Shown here piece after piece: positions 13,307-25,793 of a stretch of DNA of 64,000 nucleotides. Each line of letters starts with the position of its first letter. Position 1 is the first letter of the stretch. The stretch comes from Yuukianura sp. NJ FZ-2021 (Eukaryota): NCBI GenBank assembly GCA_046563655.1, contig CM102286.1, positions 13,516,001 through 13,580,000 on the forward strand, in the 5' to 3' direction. The position numbers were made by a program, and so were the translations under genes. Below the pieces are notes generated by a model. That model searched no databases and was not told the DNA's origin. It saw only the letters and a program-made list of their open reading frames with translations.

Positions 13307-13934
13307 ATGGCAACCGGTACCAATTTTTCTGTAGTTTCGTTACTAATTGCCTGTTTAACATCTTCTTTACTTGGACTGAATACGACATTTCAAAACAACG
13401 AAGGAACCGCTACTCAGAACATACCATTTGGTAATGGATCGACCAATGACAGCCTCCCACGACTCGAAGATCGTGCAAGCCACGGTACGAAACTGATTTG
13501 GTATCCAGAAATCAATTGATGTCTTAAATTTAACTAATTGAGTCCTACACTGCGAGTTTGTTAGTGTAGATCGGGAGGATCCAACGGAGAATGCAACTTC
13601 AGAGATCGAAAGTTACAAGACTTGGTCACTTCCTGCTATTTGTGAACAAATTGGCAGAATGGGCGTGGCCAATTTCACGAAGTTAATCAAAAAAATTGAC
13701 CGGGCGGATCCAGATCCTGATAAGTTAAAGAAAGCACTCGAATTTCTTCCGCTGATAGCTCCATGTTGCAAAGGAGGTGCCAATAAGTGCACAGATGAAG
13801 AAGTCAAAAAACTGTACAAAAAGCTGCATGATTCAGGTCAAAGGTCACTCGAAATTCCGGGAGTTATAAATCTGCTTCTCGTCACTTACGGAGCACAAAT
13901 GTTTTTGAATTATTTCAAATTTTGGATTGGTTGA
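13307..13934 (+). CDS. Uncharacterised secreted or surface protein (exons 13307-13484, 13570-13934)
   Basis: Hydrophobic N-terminus (FSVVSLLIACLTSSLLG), phase-1 GT-AG intron joins the two ORF-track fragments, several N-x-S/T sequons, 4 Cys in the mature region, hydrophobic C-terminus. Confidence 0.65.
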
Positions 13935-14106
13935 TTGCCATCACGTGAATAAAATTCTGAAATTTTTAAGTTAAAAAATTAAATTTTAAACTAAACCGCC
14001 CAAAACCACGTTCATTTTTGACATGGTACGCCAGCTATAGGAAGTTAGAGTAAATACATTGTAGTTGACAGCGTGCCGTGCTGTTGGCGCCTGCAGAATT
14101 TGAATT

Positions 14107-14275
14107 GGCCCAATCAAAAATAGACTTGAGAATGAGCATGCGCAAGGAGAACAAAGGAACAAAGAAGCTCTTCTCTGATTGGTCCGCTGGAGGACAAAGG
14201 AGCTCTTCTCTGATTGGTCCGCTGGGTTCCTTTGTTCTTGACTGCAGTTCTAGAATAACCTTCATTCCTTTGTTG
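14107..14275 (+). promoter_or_regulatory. Structured cis-regulatory module upstream of the nanos-like gene
   Basis: 25-bp direct repeat agctcttctctgattggtccgctgg at 14166 and 14201 (inverted CCAAT), a further CCAAT near 14109, 13-bp inverted repeat agaacaaaggaac (14148-14160)/gttcctttgttct (14226-14238), and five ACAAAG/CTTTGT motifs. Confidence 0.5.
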
Positions 14276-14361
14276 GCTGTTGGAGAGTGAGGACGTACGT
14301 TTTTCTCAAGATTTTCAAAAATTGTTCTAGAAATCAGTTTTTTGAACAAAGTTTTTGAAAA

Positions 14362-15685
14362 ATGGATGCCACTATTGCTCTGATTGACATTCCACGTGAC
14401 GTTCTTTCGGCAGCGATGACAGCTTATCCCGAAGCCCTTCATCTCTCGTCACCCATCGGTCGAGCCGACAATTGTGCCAAGTGTGGAGCAGATTGCTGCG
14501 TACATCGGGTAAGTGTTACTTTAAATCTTTCAAATTTAATTAACTTTACTCTGAATTTTGTTTTAATTATGCTTTTCGAAACAGTTTTTTAAAAAACGAT
14601 TAAGTTACTTCAATTTTTTTTTGTTGATTTTCAGGATATCCGGCTGTACCTCTACAAGGAACAGGACAGCAGCACCATCGCTGCCAAGGTTGTTCAACAC
14701 TTCGAGTGCACTGGAAGCAACTGCGCTGGACACGCTGCTGGAGGAGACAGCGACGTAACCATGACGACAGAAGATGACACAGCAGCAGAAGTACCTCGAA
14801 GTGCTGACAACGACGAGCCAAAGTCAGAAGACGCTGAGTCATCGCTGGAGCCGAGCCATGTCTTATGTCAAACTCAACTGCTAGGATTTGACACGTTCGA
14901 AATCGCTTCAGCGACAGAAGGTAACTCGTTTCTCATAATTAAAATTCAGTGTTTTAGTTTAAGTTTTTAAAAAACTTAAGTTAGTGTTCATGACATTTGA
15001 AAGTTCGGGCCAAAGGGCTCAAGGTCACTGGATTTTGAAAAATTTTTGGATTCTGTTTCAGATTTCAAGCTGGGAGACCACTGCTGCGGAGCAACGGAAG
15101 ACACGATTGATGAATCAGCGTTCGAGGCTGAATTTCTGGCGGAGTTGTTTAGGCGCATGACTCCTCCGACTGCACGAGTGCATGCAGGTCAACGCATGTC
15201 AAGGGCACGACGCAACAGGAACAGGGCAGAGCGACATCGAGCCAAAATGGAACAAATCCAAGAAGGTAAACCTCCAAGGCATCACTGTTTTGCATTTTTG
15301 TGAAATCTACAATAATTATCCATTTGAAAAACTTGTTACAAGTTCTGAAATTTAGTTTTATTTTGTTTTTTCAGAATTCGACTTCGGAGACTTCATCAAT
15401 TTCATCGAGAACCCCCAATACGGTGGACGTCGTTTCTGGCTGGACGAGGAATGCAAATACTGCAAGAGCAACCGAGAGACGATTGAGTTCCAGCGGACGC
15501 ATACTTTGTACACCAATGGCGTCGTCAGTTGTCCGATTCTGCGCAAATTCGTCTGCCCACTCTGCAACGCCACTGGAGACTTCGCACATACTGTCAAGTA
15601 CTGTCCATTTCATCCCACTGCTGCAGCGTTCAGCTACCGAACGACTCGAAATGCCCATGGACGTACACGCCAACTCAAGCACTAA
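14362..15685 (+). CDS. nanos: Nanos-like CCHC zinc-finger RNA-binding protein; exons 14362-14508, 14635-14920, 15062-15265, 15375-15685
   Basis: Last exon, in a frame missing from the ORF track, reads CKYCKSNRETIEFQRTHTLYTNGVVSCPILRKFVCPLCNATGDFAHTVKYCPF, the two-finger nanos pattern. All three introns are GT-AG with matching phases (0,1,1). Confidence 0.9.
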
Positions 15686-16224
15686 ACATTTTCACGGCTT
15701 ATTTAGTTTCAAAATTTGGAGGTAAATTAGTTTTTCAAATTTTGATTTCCAATTAATTAGGTTCAGTTTGTGTTTGCAATTTTTTGTTGAAGTTGAGCAA
15801 ATTAATTTCTACGTTAGCATTGTATCTGTTAGATTTAAAATTAATTTTAAAGTTAATTAGTTTATAACTTTAGGTTAGCATTAAATCTGTTAGATTTAAA
15901 ATTAAATTGAATAATAATTAATTAATTTAAGAGTTATTAGTTGTAACTTTTGTATGTGCCGCTACAAAGTAAAAATTTTCGAAAATAAATTCAAATTGCA
16001 GCACAAAATTTTTCGTTTTTGTTGTAACTTTTTCTTTTTGATTAGTTTGGCGAAGTTTTTGAGGAGAATGAAACGTTTTATTTTATTTAAAATTGTCAAA
16101 AGTTAAAGTTAAAAAATCTAAAACTAGTAACAAATTAACTAATTAACGGTGGTAATGTTTTTTCTTTTAACAATTTCGTTTGTTCATGGATGATCTGTGA
16201 TTCCACTGATCATTCGAAACCTCG

Positions 16225-19200
16225 CTACCGTTTTTCCGCTGTACTTCCTTTAAGATCTGGATTGGAATACTTGAAGTCCGGATTGAAAATTCCGACTCTT
16301 CTGTTTCGGACGGCATCGCGACGACGACGACCAGCGACTGGCGACGTCTCAGTGGATCCAACAAATCCAAAATTTGTCGAACCACCACCAGCCTCAACTT
16401 CCTCTTGAACTGGAGGTTCAGACGGAAAATAATCTCCTTCATATATACGTTCCTGGACTTCATCCAGCACTTTCAAAATCTCAGCCAAGGAATGTGGATC
16501 AATGGAGGCGTTTTTCCCACCTCGATGCCCTGTTTTTGAAAATCCCCGGCGGGAATTTCGAAATTCTGAGCTTCTCGGATCAGAGGGAGATCCGTAACCA
16601 TGGTCACCATGACTCGAGGAGGTGGAACAACTGTTTTCAAGGCTGCTGTTGCCACAGTTACAGCGATCAGATCTACAGGAACAGCGTGTCGCTTCGCTGA
16701 AAATGGCTTGGTATGGATACTTCTGCGCATTCGGGATCATCGGTGAGCCGTCACAGGAAACCTTGCCGCTTCTAAAAAAAATGAAAATTTAGAACATAAA
16801 AACTTGACTTGGTAACTTGAAAAGCGAAATCTTGAAAAATCAATTATCATTGACTAACCTATTCTCAGCTTCGTTTTTTGAAATTTTTCTGGAAGGAGGA
16901 CCAGAAGAAGATTTTGAAATTTTTCGAATGGCGCCAGTCACTCTGTCCAAAATTCCAATTTTGTTTGACGAATCTACTTTGTGTATGACAATTTCTTCTA
17001 AATTGTTGTTCAACAAAATTTGGGAATCATTTGGCCTTAAAGATTCTGAAAAATTAAAAGTAAAAACAAAAAATTTCATTTTTATTGCAAAATCTTAAAG
17101 TTTTTTTTTTGAAATTGGGATTTTTGATTTTTTTTTACCTAAGCGTTCACGGTGAGGAATGTCGACCGGTTGTGAACTAGAAATTTTTTTGGCAGGACGA
17201 GACTGGTCGTTGTTCTGTTCAGCCCCGAAGTTGTTCAAATCTTGAACGGCATCTAAGACATCTGAAATGTCGCCTTCGAGTGACTCTACGAGTTGTGCCA
17301 AGTAAGCATCTTTGTCAATTCGCCCAATGTCGCCAACAACACTTTGACTTCGGCTGAACCTGTCTAGATCCGATTCCGAAAAACTCCGAATCAGCGACAT
17401 GTCTACAGCGACTCCCGGTATGGATCCACTTGGAACCAAAAAACTTTTGGATCTTTTAATCTTGTCTTGGTATGTCGTCAAGTAGTGCTCCAGTGACTGG
17501 TGACTGTTTTGTGTTGTCAAGTACACTCCAACATCAGGCTCATTGTTGGCCAAGTACAATTCATTGACTACTTTGCGCATGTACTCAACGTCGTTATCCA
17601 GCTTCTCTTTGGTAATTCGGAGTCTGTTTAACTTCTTTTCTAAAACTGTTCTAACTTTTTTCGAAGTGATTCCTTTCGTTATAAATCCAAGAATCATGAC
17701 TAGATATCCAAGACCGAACACAATCCAAAAAACTATTGCTATTTTGTACAGCCACATCCATAAGCTCCGCCCATCTCCCATTCCTGAAATTCAAACGTCA
17801 AATTTTCAAAAAATTTGTTGATTTGAAATTTTGAAAGTTCAAAAACCAAATTTTTATGAAAGGTCAAAAGGTTAACCTGCAACGTAGTCTCCAAATCCAA
17901 TTGTGGTGAGACTCACAAAACAAAAGTAGATTGCGTCTAAATATCCCCAGTTTTCAAGTACGACAAAAAATGCTGCTGGAATTATGATGAAAACGAGAAG
18001 ACCGGGAATCAGGTAGAAGATGATGTTAAATATAAATGTGATTTGACTGTCACTGTCTTTGGCACGGTCGTGGACTTTCACCAACTGAAAAGTTTCAAAT
18101 TTATGAAATTTTGAGATTTTTTTGAATTTTGAACGTCGTAAATTTGAATTCTCCGGCAGATTTTTCTTACCTTGCGGCTATACATGTCACTGATTTTGGT
18201 CAAAATGACTCCATTGATTGGAATTCCAATCAGTGCATAAAATATTGTAAACATTCTGCTCCAGTGAGTAGCTGGAGCCAAGTTTCCATACCCTGAATAA
18301 CAAATATTAAATATTATGATTAAAAAAAAGTATTTAAGAAAATGATGTTAAAACAAATGTCAAAAATGATTTTAAAAAAATGCAACTAAAACAAAAATTA
18401 ACAAAGAAACGGTTAGGTTAGGTTCAAATTTTAAATTTAAAAAAAAATTTAGAAAGTAAAAGAAAACAATGCCAGTCATAATTCAAAATATTGCGATTGT
18501 TTCAGAATTTGGATTCCGACATTGAAAAAATGGCCAACCAACGCCATTTAAAATTTCAGTAGAAGTTTAAGGGAAAAAAAGCAAGGTTATTTTGAAAGAT
18601 GTGAAGTGGATTCCCACAGCGAACTTAAAGAACAATATTTTCATTCAGTTTGATCATGCGCCGTACATGATCCGATAGTGGCAAAATTTCAAACAAAAAT
18701 TGCCGATTTCAAAAGAATTAAATTTCTTTTGTAATTTTTAAAATTTTAATCATTTGCGTTCTGCTGCCAAATGCTGTTCTGAATTAATTTTTTTTTGAAT
18801 TTGCAAATTCTTTTTAAAATTTTCCGCTGACGAAGCCTTTGGCGGCGTTTTCCTTACCTATTGTCGTAACAGCAGTGAAAGCATAAAATACTGAATTGAA
18901 AAACGTCCATCGCAGAACCGTTGTGGTTGAATTCACATCCAACAAATTAGTTCCTCCGCACGTATCTGAGATCCTGGAAATGACGCCTAACTTTGCCTGT
19001 CGCAGGGCTTCCAGAACTTCAGCAGGAGTCCCATTGTTATAAAAGTCTTGGTCCAAACTTAACAGAATCTCTGTTAAAATAGTCAATTAATTATTCATTT
19101 CATGCAATTATGGACTTAGGAGTGACTTAAAAAGCTCTTAATTAACTTAACACCTTAACACGCTTCACTCACTTGATACTTGATCTTGATCTTCCTGTCT

Positions 19201-19964
19201 CATTAAAAACAAGAGTACAAATGCTCCCGCTTAAAATTCTTTCTTAATTAACACTTCCAGGTACACTCCAAATTGTAAAAGATGAAAAACGCAAACAAGT
19301 TTAACTCGAAATAAGTCTGATCTGAACAACAAATTTTTGCGAAATCATTCAACTGTCTCCGGTTGAATGACAACTGAAGTTATTTTGATTGTTTTTTGCT
19401 TTTACTTTTAGAATAAATTAACACCTTGGAGCATAATGTAAAAATTATTCTGGCAGCTAGAAGTAACCTAGGTTAATAAACTTGTAAAACAGAGACAAAT
19501 ATTATATGCAATAGGTATGAGTACCATAAAATTTACTTAATTTTTTAATTAATTACGTAATCATAATTGATTTATTATTGAATACATATTTTTGACATGG
19601 CTGATTCTGTTGCCCAAAATGTGCATCACATTTACCCAAATTTTACGGCTTTTAAAAAAAGGAAAAATTTAGATTGCGTATATTTTACTCAAGTTAGAAA
19701 ATTCAACAGAAAAGAAAGAAAATTGGAAGACGGAGTTTGAAAATCCTCAAGTTTTAAAATTATCTAAAGTAAAGGTTAAATAAAAATGTTCAAAATTTTG
19801 AAAAATTTTGTTCGGAATGTACCTTGAATGTCATTTTTGAGAATGGTGAGTTGTTCGTGCTGTTGGATTTCGTTTCCTTGCTCAATGACCATAAAAACGC
19901 TGCCGCCAAAGAGTAGGTACAGCGTTAACACAGTTCCGAGTAGGACGCTGCGTAAGACGCTCAT
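16225..19964 (-). CDS. Two-pore-domain potassium channel (Ork1/TWK-like), about 7 exons
   Basis: TM1 [13 protein letters not shown]; pore 1 [35 protein letters not shown]; pore 2 [27 protein letters not shown]4 [16 protein letters not shown]; long cytoplasmic tail. Confidence 0.92.
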
Positions 19965-21490
19965 GAGGAAGCGTGTTGTGTCTCGTTTTTGCGCAATCCC
20001 AGAGAAGAACCAAGGACACCGACGACACTTAACTTTTACACTAACTTGAGTTAGTTAATTTGTCGTAGATGTTTGCGTGTGTCAAGCACATCTACGTAGA
20101 GTTGCATTTTGGCACAATAAGTCTACTTGTTGATGTTTCTTTTGAAGTAGTGACGACTTTTGAGTGTGACCTCTGGTTCGTATCACTTTGACTTGCGGAA
20201 TGAGGCACTTGTCGTCATGACTGGGCCAACTAAACTTGCTTTATCTGGTTAGTTGACTTTCTCAGAGGAGATGCCTAATGAATTAATCGCGGAATAACCA
20301 TTTCCCACTCTTTTGTGCCAAAAAATTACAATTTCCGAATTCCAATCAAAGCCTCACCTAAGCTTTTCCTTGATTCTGAATCACAAAAATGTTGGGCAAT
20401 TGTCTTTGCGATTCCGTAATTGCAATGAACTGCGGCGTGTTAAGAAGGAGGGATGAAATGTACACTGTATCTTGGCATGTCGGAAAAATTTATTCGCCAC
20501 TCTTAATTTTTAAACGCTGCAACATGTCCAGAATACCAAACTTAACTAACTAACTAACCTATGTTCAGATTTAACACTTTAGACAAAACGCTTAGAAAGC
20601 AAAGCTAGCAAACTTTTAGACTCGTAAATGCGATACTCGTGTTAATTCTTCCTAAGTGACCATTGTTTCGTCTTTATTGTAAACAAACTACAATTAGACG
20701 TCTAACTTTTTAGTACCAAGTGAGTTTAATAAGAAAAGAATTTTAAATTGCGTTGGACCCTCTGAAAAAGAATGGCTCAAGTTTTTTTTAACCTGTTTGA
20801 CATTTTGATTGAGTTTTTATGTAAAATAGTTCACCTTGAATTTTTAATTTTTAAATGTTTAGGCCAAATTTTAAGTTGGAATCAAATTGGCGACAAATTG
20901 AAGCTGTGATTTGCTTTTGCAAGTTTTGAGATTTGCGAAACTGCGAATTCATTGTAAGATGTTCTAAATTTTATTGACATTTGGAAACATTCAAGGTCAG
21001 AGCAAGGACAGGATTTGATTGGACATGGTTAAGAAATTTTAGAAGGCGGTGTTCGTGTTTTGTGTGTCGATAACCTTTGACCTCTCAGGAAACTTTGAAA
21101 TCAAAAGAAGCGGAAAGCTCGTAAGTTCTAAGTCTAAGTCTGTTAAGCTGTCGCCAATTTGAAAAAAAGTTGCTGACGAAACTAGAATAATTTTTGAAAA
21201 CAAATGATTCGATTGATAAAATTTATGAAACCATGTTATGTAAAGTTTCTCTAGGTTTTCCCACATCAAGACTTTTAGAAATTTGAAATTTCGAATTTTA
21301 TTAGAACATGAAGAAACTAAAATTATTTTCGAAACTTGCAACATTAACCTAGTTCTATTTTTTAACCCAAATCTAGCAATCTACTTGGAGTCTTTAACTC
21401 CTGTGGAATGAAAAGTACTTTTTCGAATTTTTCTTTTGGCAAAGTATTGTCAATTTATCCTTGAAGAGTTTTCTTGGCCTTTTTTTAAAC

Positions 21491-24400
21491 TTATTTTAGA
21501 TCTTTCCTGTGATTAATCAGAATTTGAACAATTGAAGGCTCCGCCAATGTGGAAATGTCCCCCATTTCCTCAATACTGCTTTCTCCTGTAGCAACTTTCC
21601 GTAGAATCCGACGCATAATTTTTCCGGATCGGGTTTTCGGAAGTCCTTCAGTATACTAAAGTCACAAAATTTTTTGAATTTTTAGGTTTTGAATTTTAAG
21701 TTTTAAAATTTTCCAAAATCTGCTCTTACCATTATGAAATCCGGAACAGCGAATGCTGCTATATTTTCTTTGCACAGAGCTTTCAGTTCTTTAGACAACT
21801 CAGCTTCATCAATTTTCTTGTCCAAATGCTTCAGAACGACAAATGCAAAAATTCCTTCGCCTTTCAAATCATGTGGATAGCCAACAACTGCAACTTCGCT
21901 GACGACGTCGTGCTCGTGCTAACAAAATTTTCAAAAAAAACAAACATCAAAATTTCAATAAAAAACTTCACCAATTTTTATGAAATCAAAATCTCATAAA
22001 AAAAACTTACAATGGCGTGCTCAACTTCCGTCGTTCCAAGGCGGTGGCCTAAAATCAAAGAATTTTTTCTTTATTGAAATGTGACTTTTTAGGTTGAAAT
22101 TTCTGAAATTCGAACCTGTGACGTTGATAACATCGTCAATTCTGCCAGTAATTTTCCAGTATCCACTTTCATTGCAAATGGCGCCATCTCCAGTGAAGTA
22201 GTAGTTTGGATATGCTGTGAAGTACGTTTCTTTAAACCGCTCTGGTGACCCCCAAACCCCCAAGGCCATTCCAGGCCACGGTTTTTCAATACACAGCGGC
22301 CCCTCTCCAGCTTTGCTCGGTCCGTCAATCATAATTTTCGGTTTGATACCAAGCATAGGTCTCATTGGAATTGCTGAAAAAAAAGTTTTGAAATTTTTTT
22401 TAAAATTTGAAAGATTTTTCAAATTTCGAAATTTTGAAAAGCAACCTGGCACAATTGGATCGTTGATTCCGCTGGGTCTTGGGCTGATACAAATTCCTCC
22501 AGTTTCAGTTTGCCACCAAGTGTCTATCATAGTACACCGCTTCTCGCCAACGACAGTGTTGTACCACTCCCAAGCTTCGACGTTGATTGGTTCTCCTAAA
22601 AATGACCAAAATTTTGAAAAACAATGTATCTTGAAGGAGAGTTTTTTGAAATTTTGAAAGTTCAAACTGACCTACAACTCCAAGTACTTTTAAGCTTGAG
22701 CGATCGTGCTTTTCCACCCATTCTGTACCGTATTTCATCAGTAGTCGAATTGCTGTAGGTGCGCAGTAAAACTGGGTCAATCGCAGCCTCTCCACGGTTT
22801 CCCAGTATCGGCCTTGAGTTAAAAAAAATCCAAATTTACGTTTTTTTTTGAAAAATCGAATAAGTTCAAAATTTTGATTTTTTGAGTTACCCGGATTTGG
22901 ATAAATTGGAGTAGATTCAAAAAGTAGCGAAGTGACTCCGTTCAGCAGCGGAGCGTAAATGATGTACGAGTGACCCGTTATCCAACCAATGTCGGCAACG
23001 CATCCAAACCTATCGCCCTTTTGTACATTGAACACGAGCTGAAAAACGAAACAAAGAATTTGAAATTTCGAAAATCCAACTTTCAAAATTTTCCAAAAAA
23101 CGCTTTTACTCTATACATACTTGTAGTACCTAGTACATACTTGGTGTGTCAGAGCAGTGTACGTGAGATATCCAGCAGTGGAATGTTCAACTCCCTTGGG
23201 TGCGCCTAGGCACAAAATTAAATTACAATCTGAGTTTGTCAAAATTTCAAGAATTTCAAAAAAATTCAAAAATGGAACTGTATTTTCAAAAATTTGATGT
23301 TTACCGGTGCTTCCAGAGGTGTACAGAATGAAAAGTGGATCGTTGCTGTCGACATACTCGATGTGATCAGTAATTTTATTTCGCTTGACATCACTGTGCA
23401 GATCTGCCAAAAAATGGTCGCGTGGATGCTGCATATGCGCTAATGACTTGTCGCCATCTCGTAAATCTACAATGCAAGTCTTCACTGTTGGACATGATTG
23501 AAGTGCTTCATCTACAGTGTGCTTCAAATTTATTGGCTTTCCGCCACGCATAAGATGGTCCGTAGTGATCACAGTAGTAGCTCCAGCTAATTGGTCAAAA
23601 ATTACAAAACAAATAATTAGTTTTCATCTTGCGCAAGCGCAAATGGCTTAAACTGTTGCTAAATTTTTAAACTTTGTCTAGATTTTTGTTCTTACCGTCA
23701 TTTATTCTGGAAGCCAACGCATGAGCACTGAATCCAGCAAATGCTACGGAGTGCTGCATCATAAAATCAGGAAATTTTATAAAATGCTGTTTTTTTTTCA
23801 AAAATAGAAGTTCGAATACTTACAATGGCACCAAGCCGTGCACATGCAAGTGCAAATGCAACGGCATTGGGACTCGTTGGCATGTAAATGGCTACACGAT
23901 CTCCTTTCTTGACATTGGCAACAGTTCTAAGGATGTAGGCGTAGTCAACGACAAGCTCCTTCAACTGTCCGAATGTGATTTGTTCATGTTCATTTGGCTC
24001 GTCTTTCTCATAAATCAGTGCAATTCCGTTTGGATTCGTTGCAGCATGTCGATCCACACAATTCTCTAGAAAAAATGAATCCAGAAGGTCAAATTCACAG
24101 TTTTTGAAAATTTTGAAATTTTGATGTTTGCTTTTTTGAACAAAACTTTAGTTTTAAAAATTACCAGATGCATTGAGTTTTCCATTAAGAAACCATCGGA
24201 CGCCACTGTTGAAGTCTCCTTGAACGACAGTTGAAAATGGTTCCTTCCACTGGAGACGCTCAAGCGCAACTTCTTTCCAAAAAATTTCTGGCTGAAAAAC
24301 AGGAAAAATGCAATCAATTTTTTGAAGTCAGCCAACACCAATATTTTTTTTAATAAAGATATGTACAAGTATAAATATTTTTTTTTGTTTTTTGCTTTAC

Positions 24401-24571
24401 CTGTTCAATACTGAACTTGTACAAATCCTCATAAGATGTAATTCCTGGACCGAATTTTTTGAGTTCCGGCATTGGAGCACTCAGGAACGTTCGGCATTGT
24501 TGAACTGGAAATATTGTTCTGGAAGACACCAACTTCAACACTTTGTAAGAAACTAAGCATCTTGGAAGCAT
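21491..24571 (-). CDS. ACSS1: Acetyl-CoA synthetase, probably mitochondrial (ACSS1-like), >12 exons
   Basis: [73 protein letters not shown]. Basic, acid-free N-terminus resembles a presequence. Confidence 0.93.
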
Positions 24572-24596
24572 CTTGGTCCCTTTGCTTCTATTTTAA

Positions 24597-24690
24597 CAAC
24601 TTTTTGAATTTGAACAGCAAAACTTTTTGAATTTGCCCAGCAAAACTTTTGAATTTGAACAGCAAAACTTTTTGAATTTGAACAGCAACA
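24597..24690. repeat. ~23-24 bp tandem repeat (aacttttttgaatttgaacagcaa-like), about 4 copies
   Basis: Directly visible just upstream of the ACS ATG. Confidence 0.8.
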
Positions 24691-25793
24691 AATGTGTTTT
24701 GATGTAACCAGACGGTGATGTGATGTAAACTAAAAGCTGATAATTTTGTTTTTGCTTGCGTATTAATTCTGGATGAATTTTTTGTGATAGTTGAATTTGA
24801 AATTTGCAAAAACCACAATCTGACAGTGCCAAAGCTTAAAAGTCCACCACTTGTGAATCTCCCGTTATGAATCCAATGTTCTCTTGAGTGTTTCCTCTGA
24901 GCTCCAATACGAGTAACTGTAAATGAAACAAGAAATGGGAGATGAGGATACAAACAACCTTGAACTATAATGGGGGGTGACCTTGTAACACTTACGTTTT
25001 TTTTCCTCGTGGAAGGTATTTGGTACTCCAAAATAATAAATTACGATCAACACTCACCATCGTTTGAGAAAAAACAAACGAAAGGAAGAAAAAAAAAACA
25101 AAATGGTTGCCAAAGCTAGCAAAATTCAGCGTCAAAAAAAGCGATTTGAACTAAACTTGAAACTTGAGTTTCTTGAAACCACAATATTTTGGTTCCTCTG
25201 CTGCATGTACCGTGCTATGAATTTTTATTGATTTCCTTAAACTTTCTATCGCGCGTAAAAAATCATCGGCTTCACTTCTGCGCTTGGTCGATACAAGTAT
25301 CAGATTTCGAAACAAAAACGGAATTTCTGTAGTTGTATGAAAACCGCGATTTTATTCCGTAGTAAACCCCTGTGTAACAACCTTGAGACGATTTCCAGAA
25401 ATCGTTTTTCTTACGACGCCATTTTGTTAACTACCAAAACACTACAATAACAAAGAGGTTTAAGGGAATTTCAGTCTGTTAAAACCGGGGAGTTGTGTTG
25501 TGATGGATCTTAGGAGTATGTATGCTATTAAATCCTAAAATTAAGTTAATTTGACCACTAATCGTTCCAACTTTGAGAAAAGTGAAACGGTAACTTCCTG
25601 AAATACTAAACATAACTACTCAACCAAGGAACAAAACTGACTGGAGGTGGTTGGTTATCTCATTGATTATTCTTGTAACGTATTCTTTGGAGGATTCCAT
25701 AACAGACTCAGATTCAATAACAATTTTTCCTTACAAATGGTTGCCAATTTAGGGAATTTAGGTAAAGGTATTAAGCAATTTGACTTTTTAGGA

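Noticed and set aside
13760..13820. Insulin/relaxin A-chain motif in CCKGGANKC
   Set aside because: Spacing is CC-x6-C with no final Cys, not CC-x3-C-x8-C.
15300..15756. ORF-track entries over the nanos last exon
   Set aside because: Wrong frames or strand; the third plus frame encodes the zinc fingers.
24588..25053. Minus-strand ORFs upstream of ACS
   Set aside because: No recognisable protein; kept open partly by the ~24-bp tandem repeat; probably UTR or intron.
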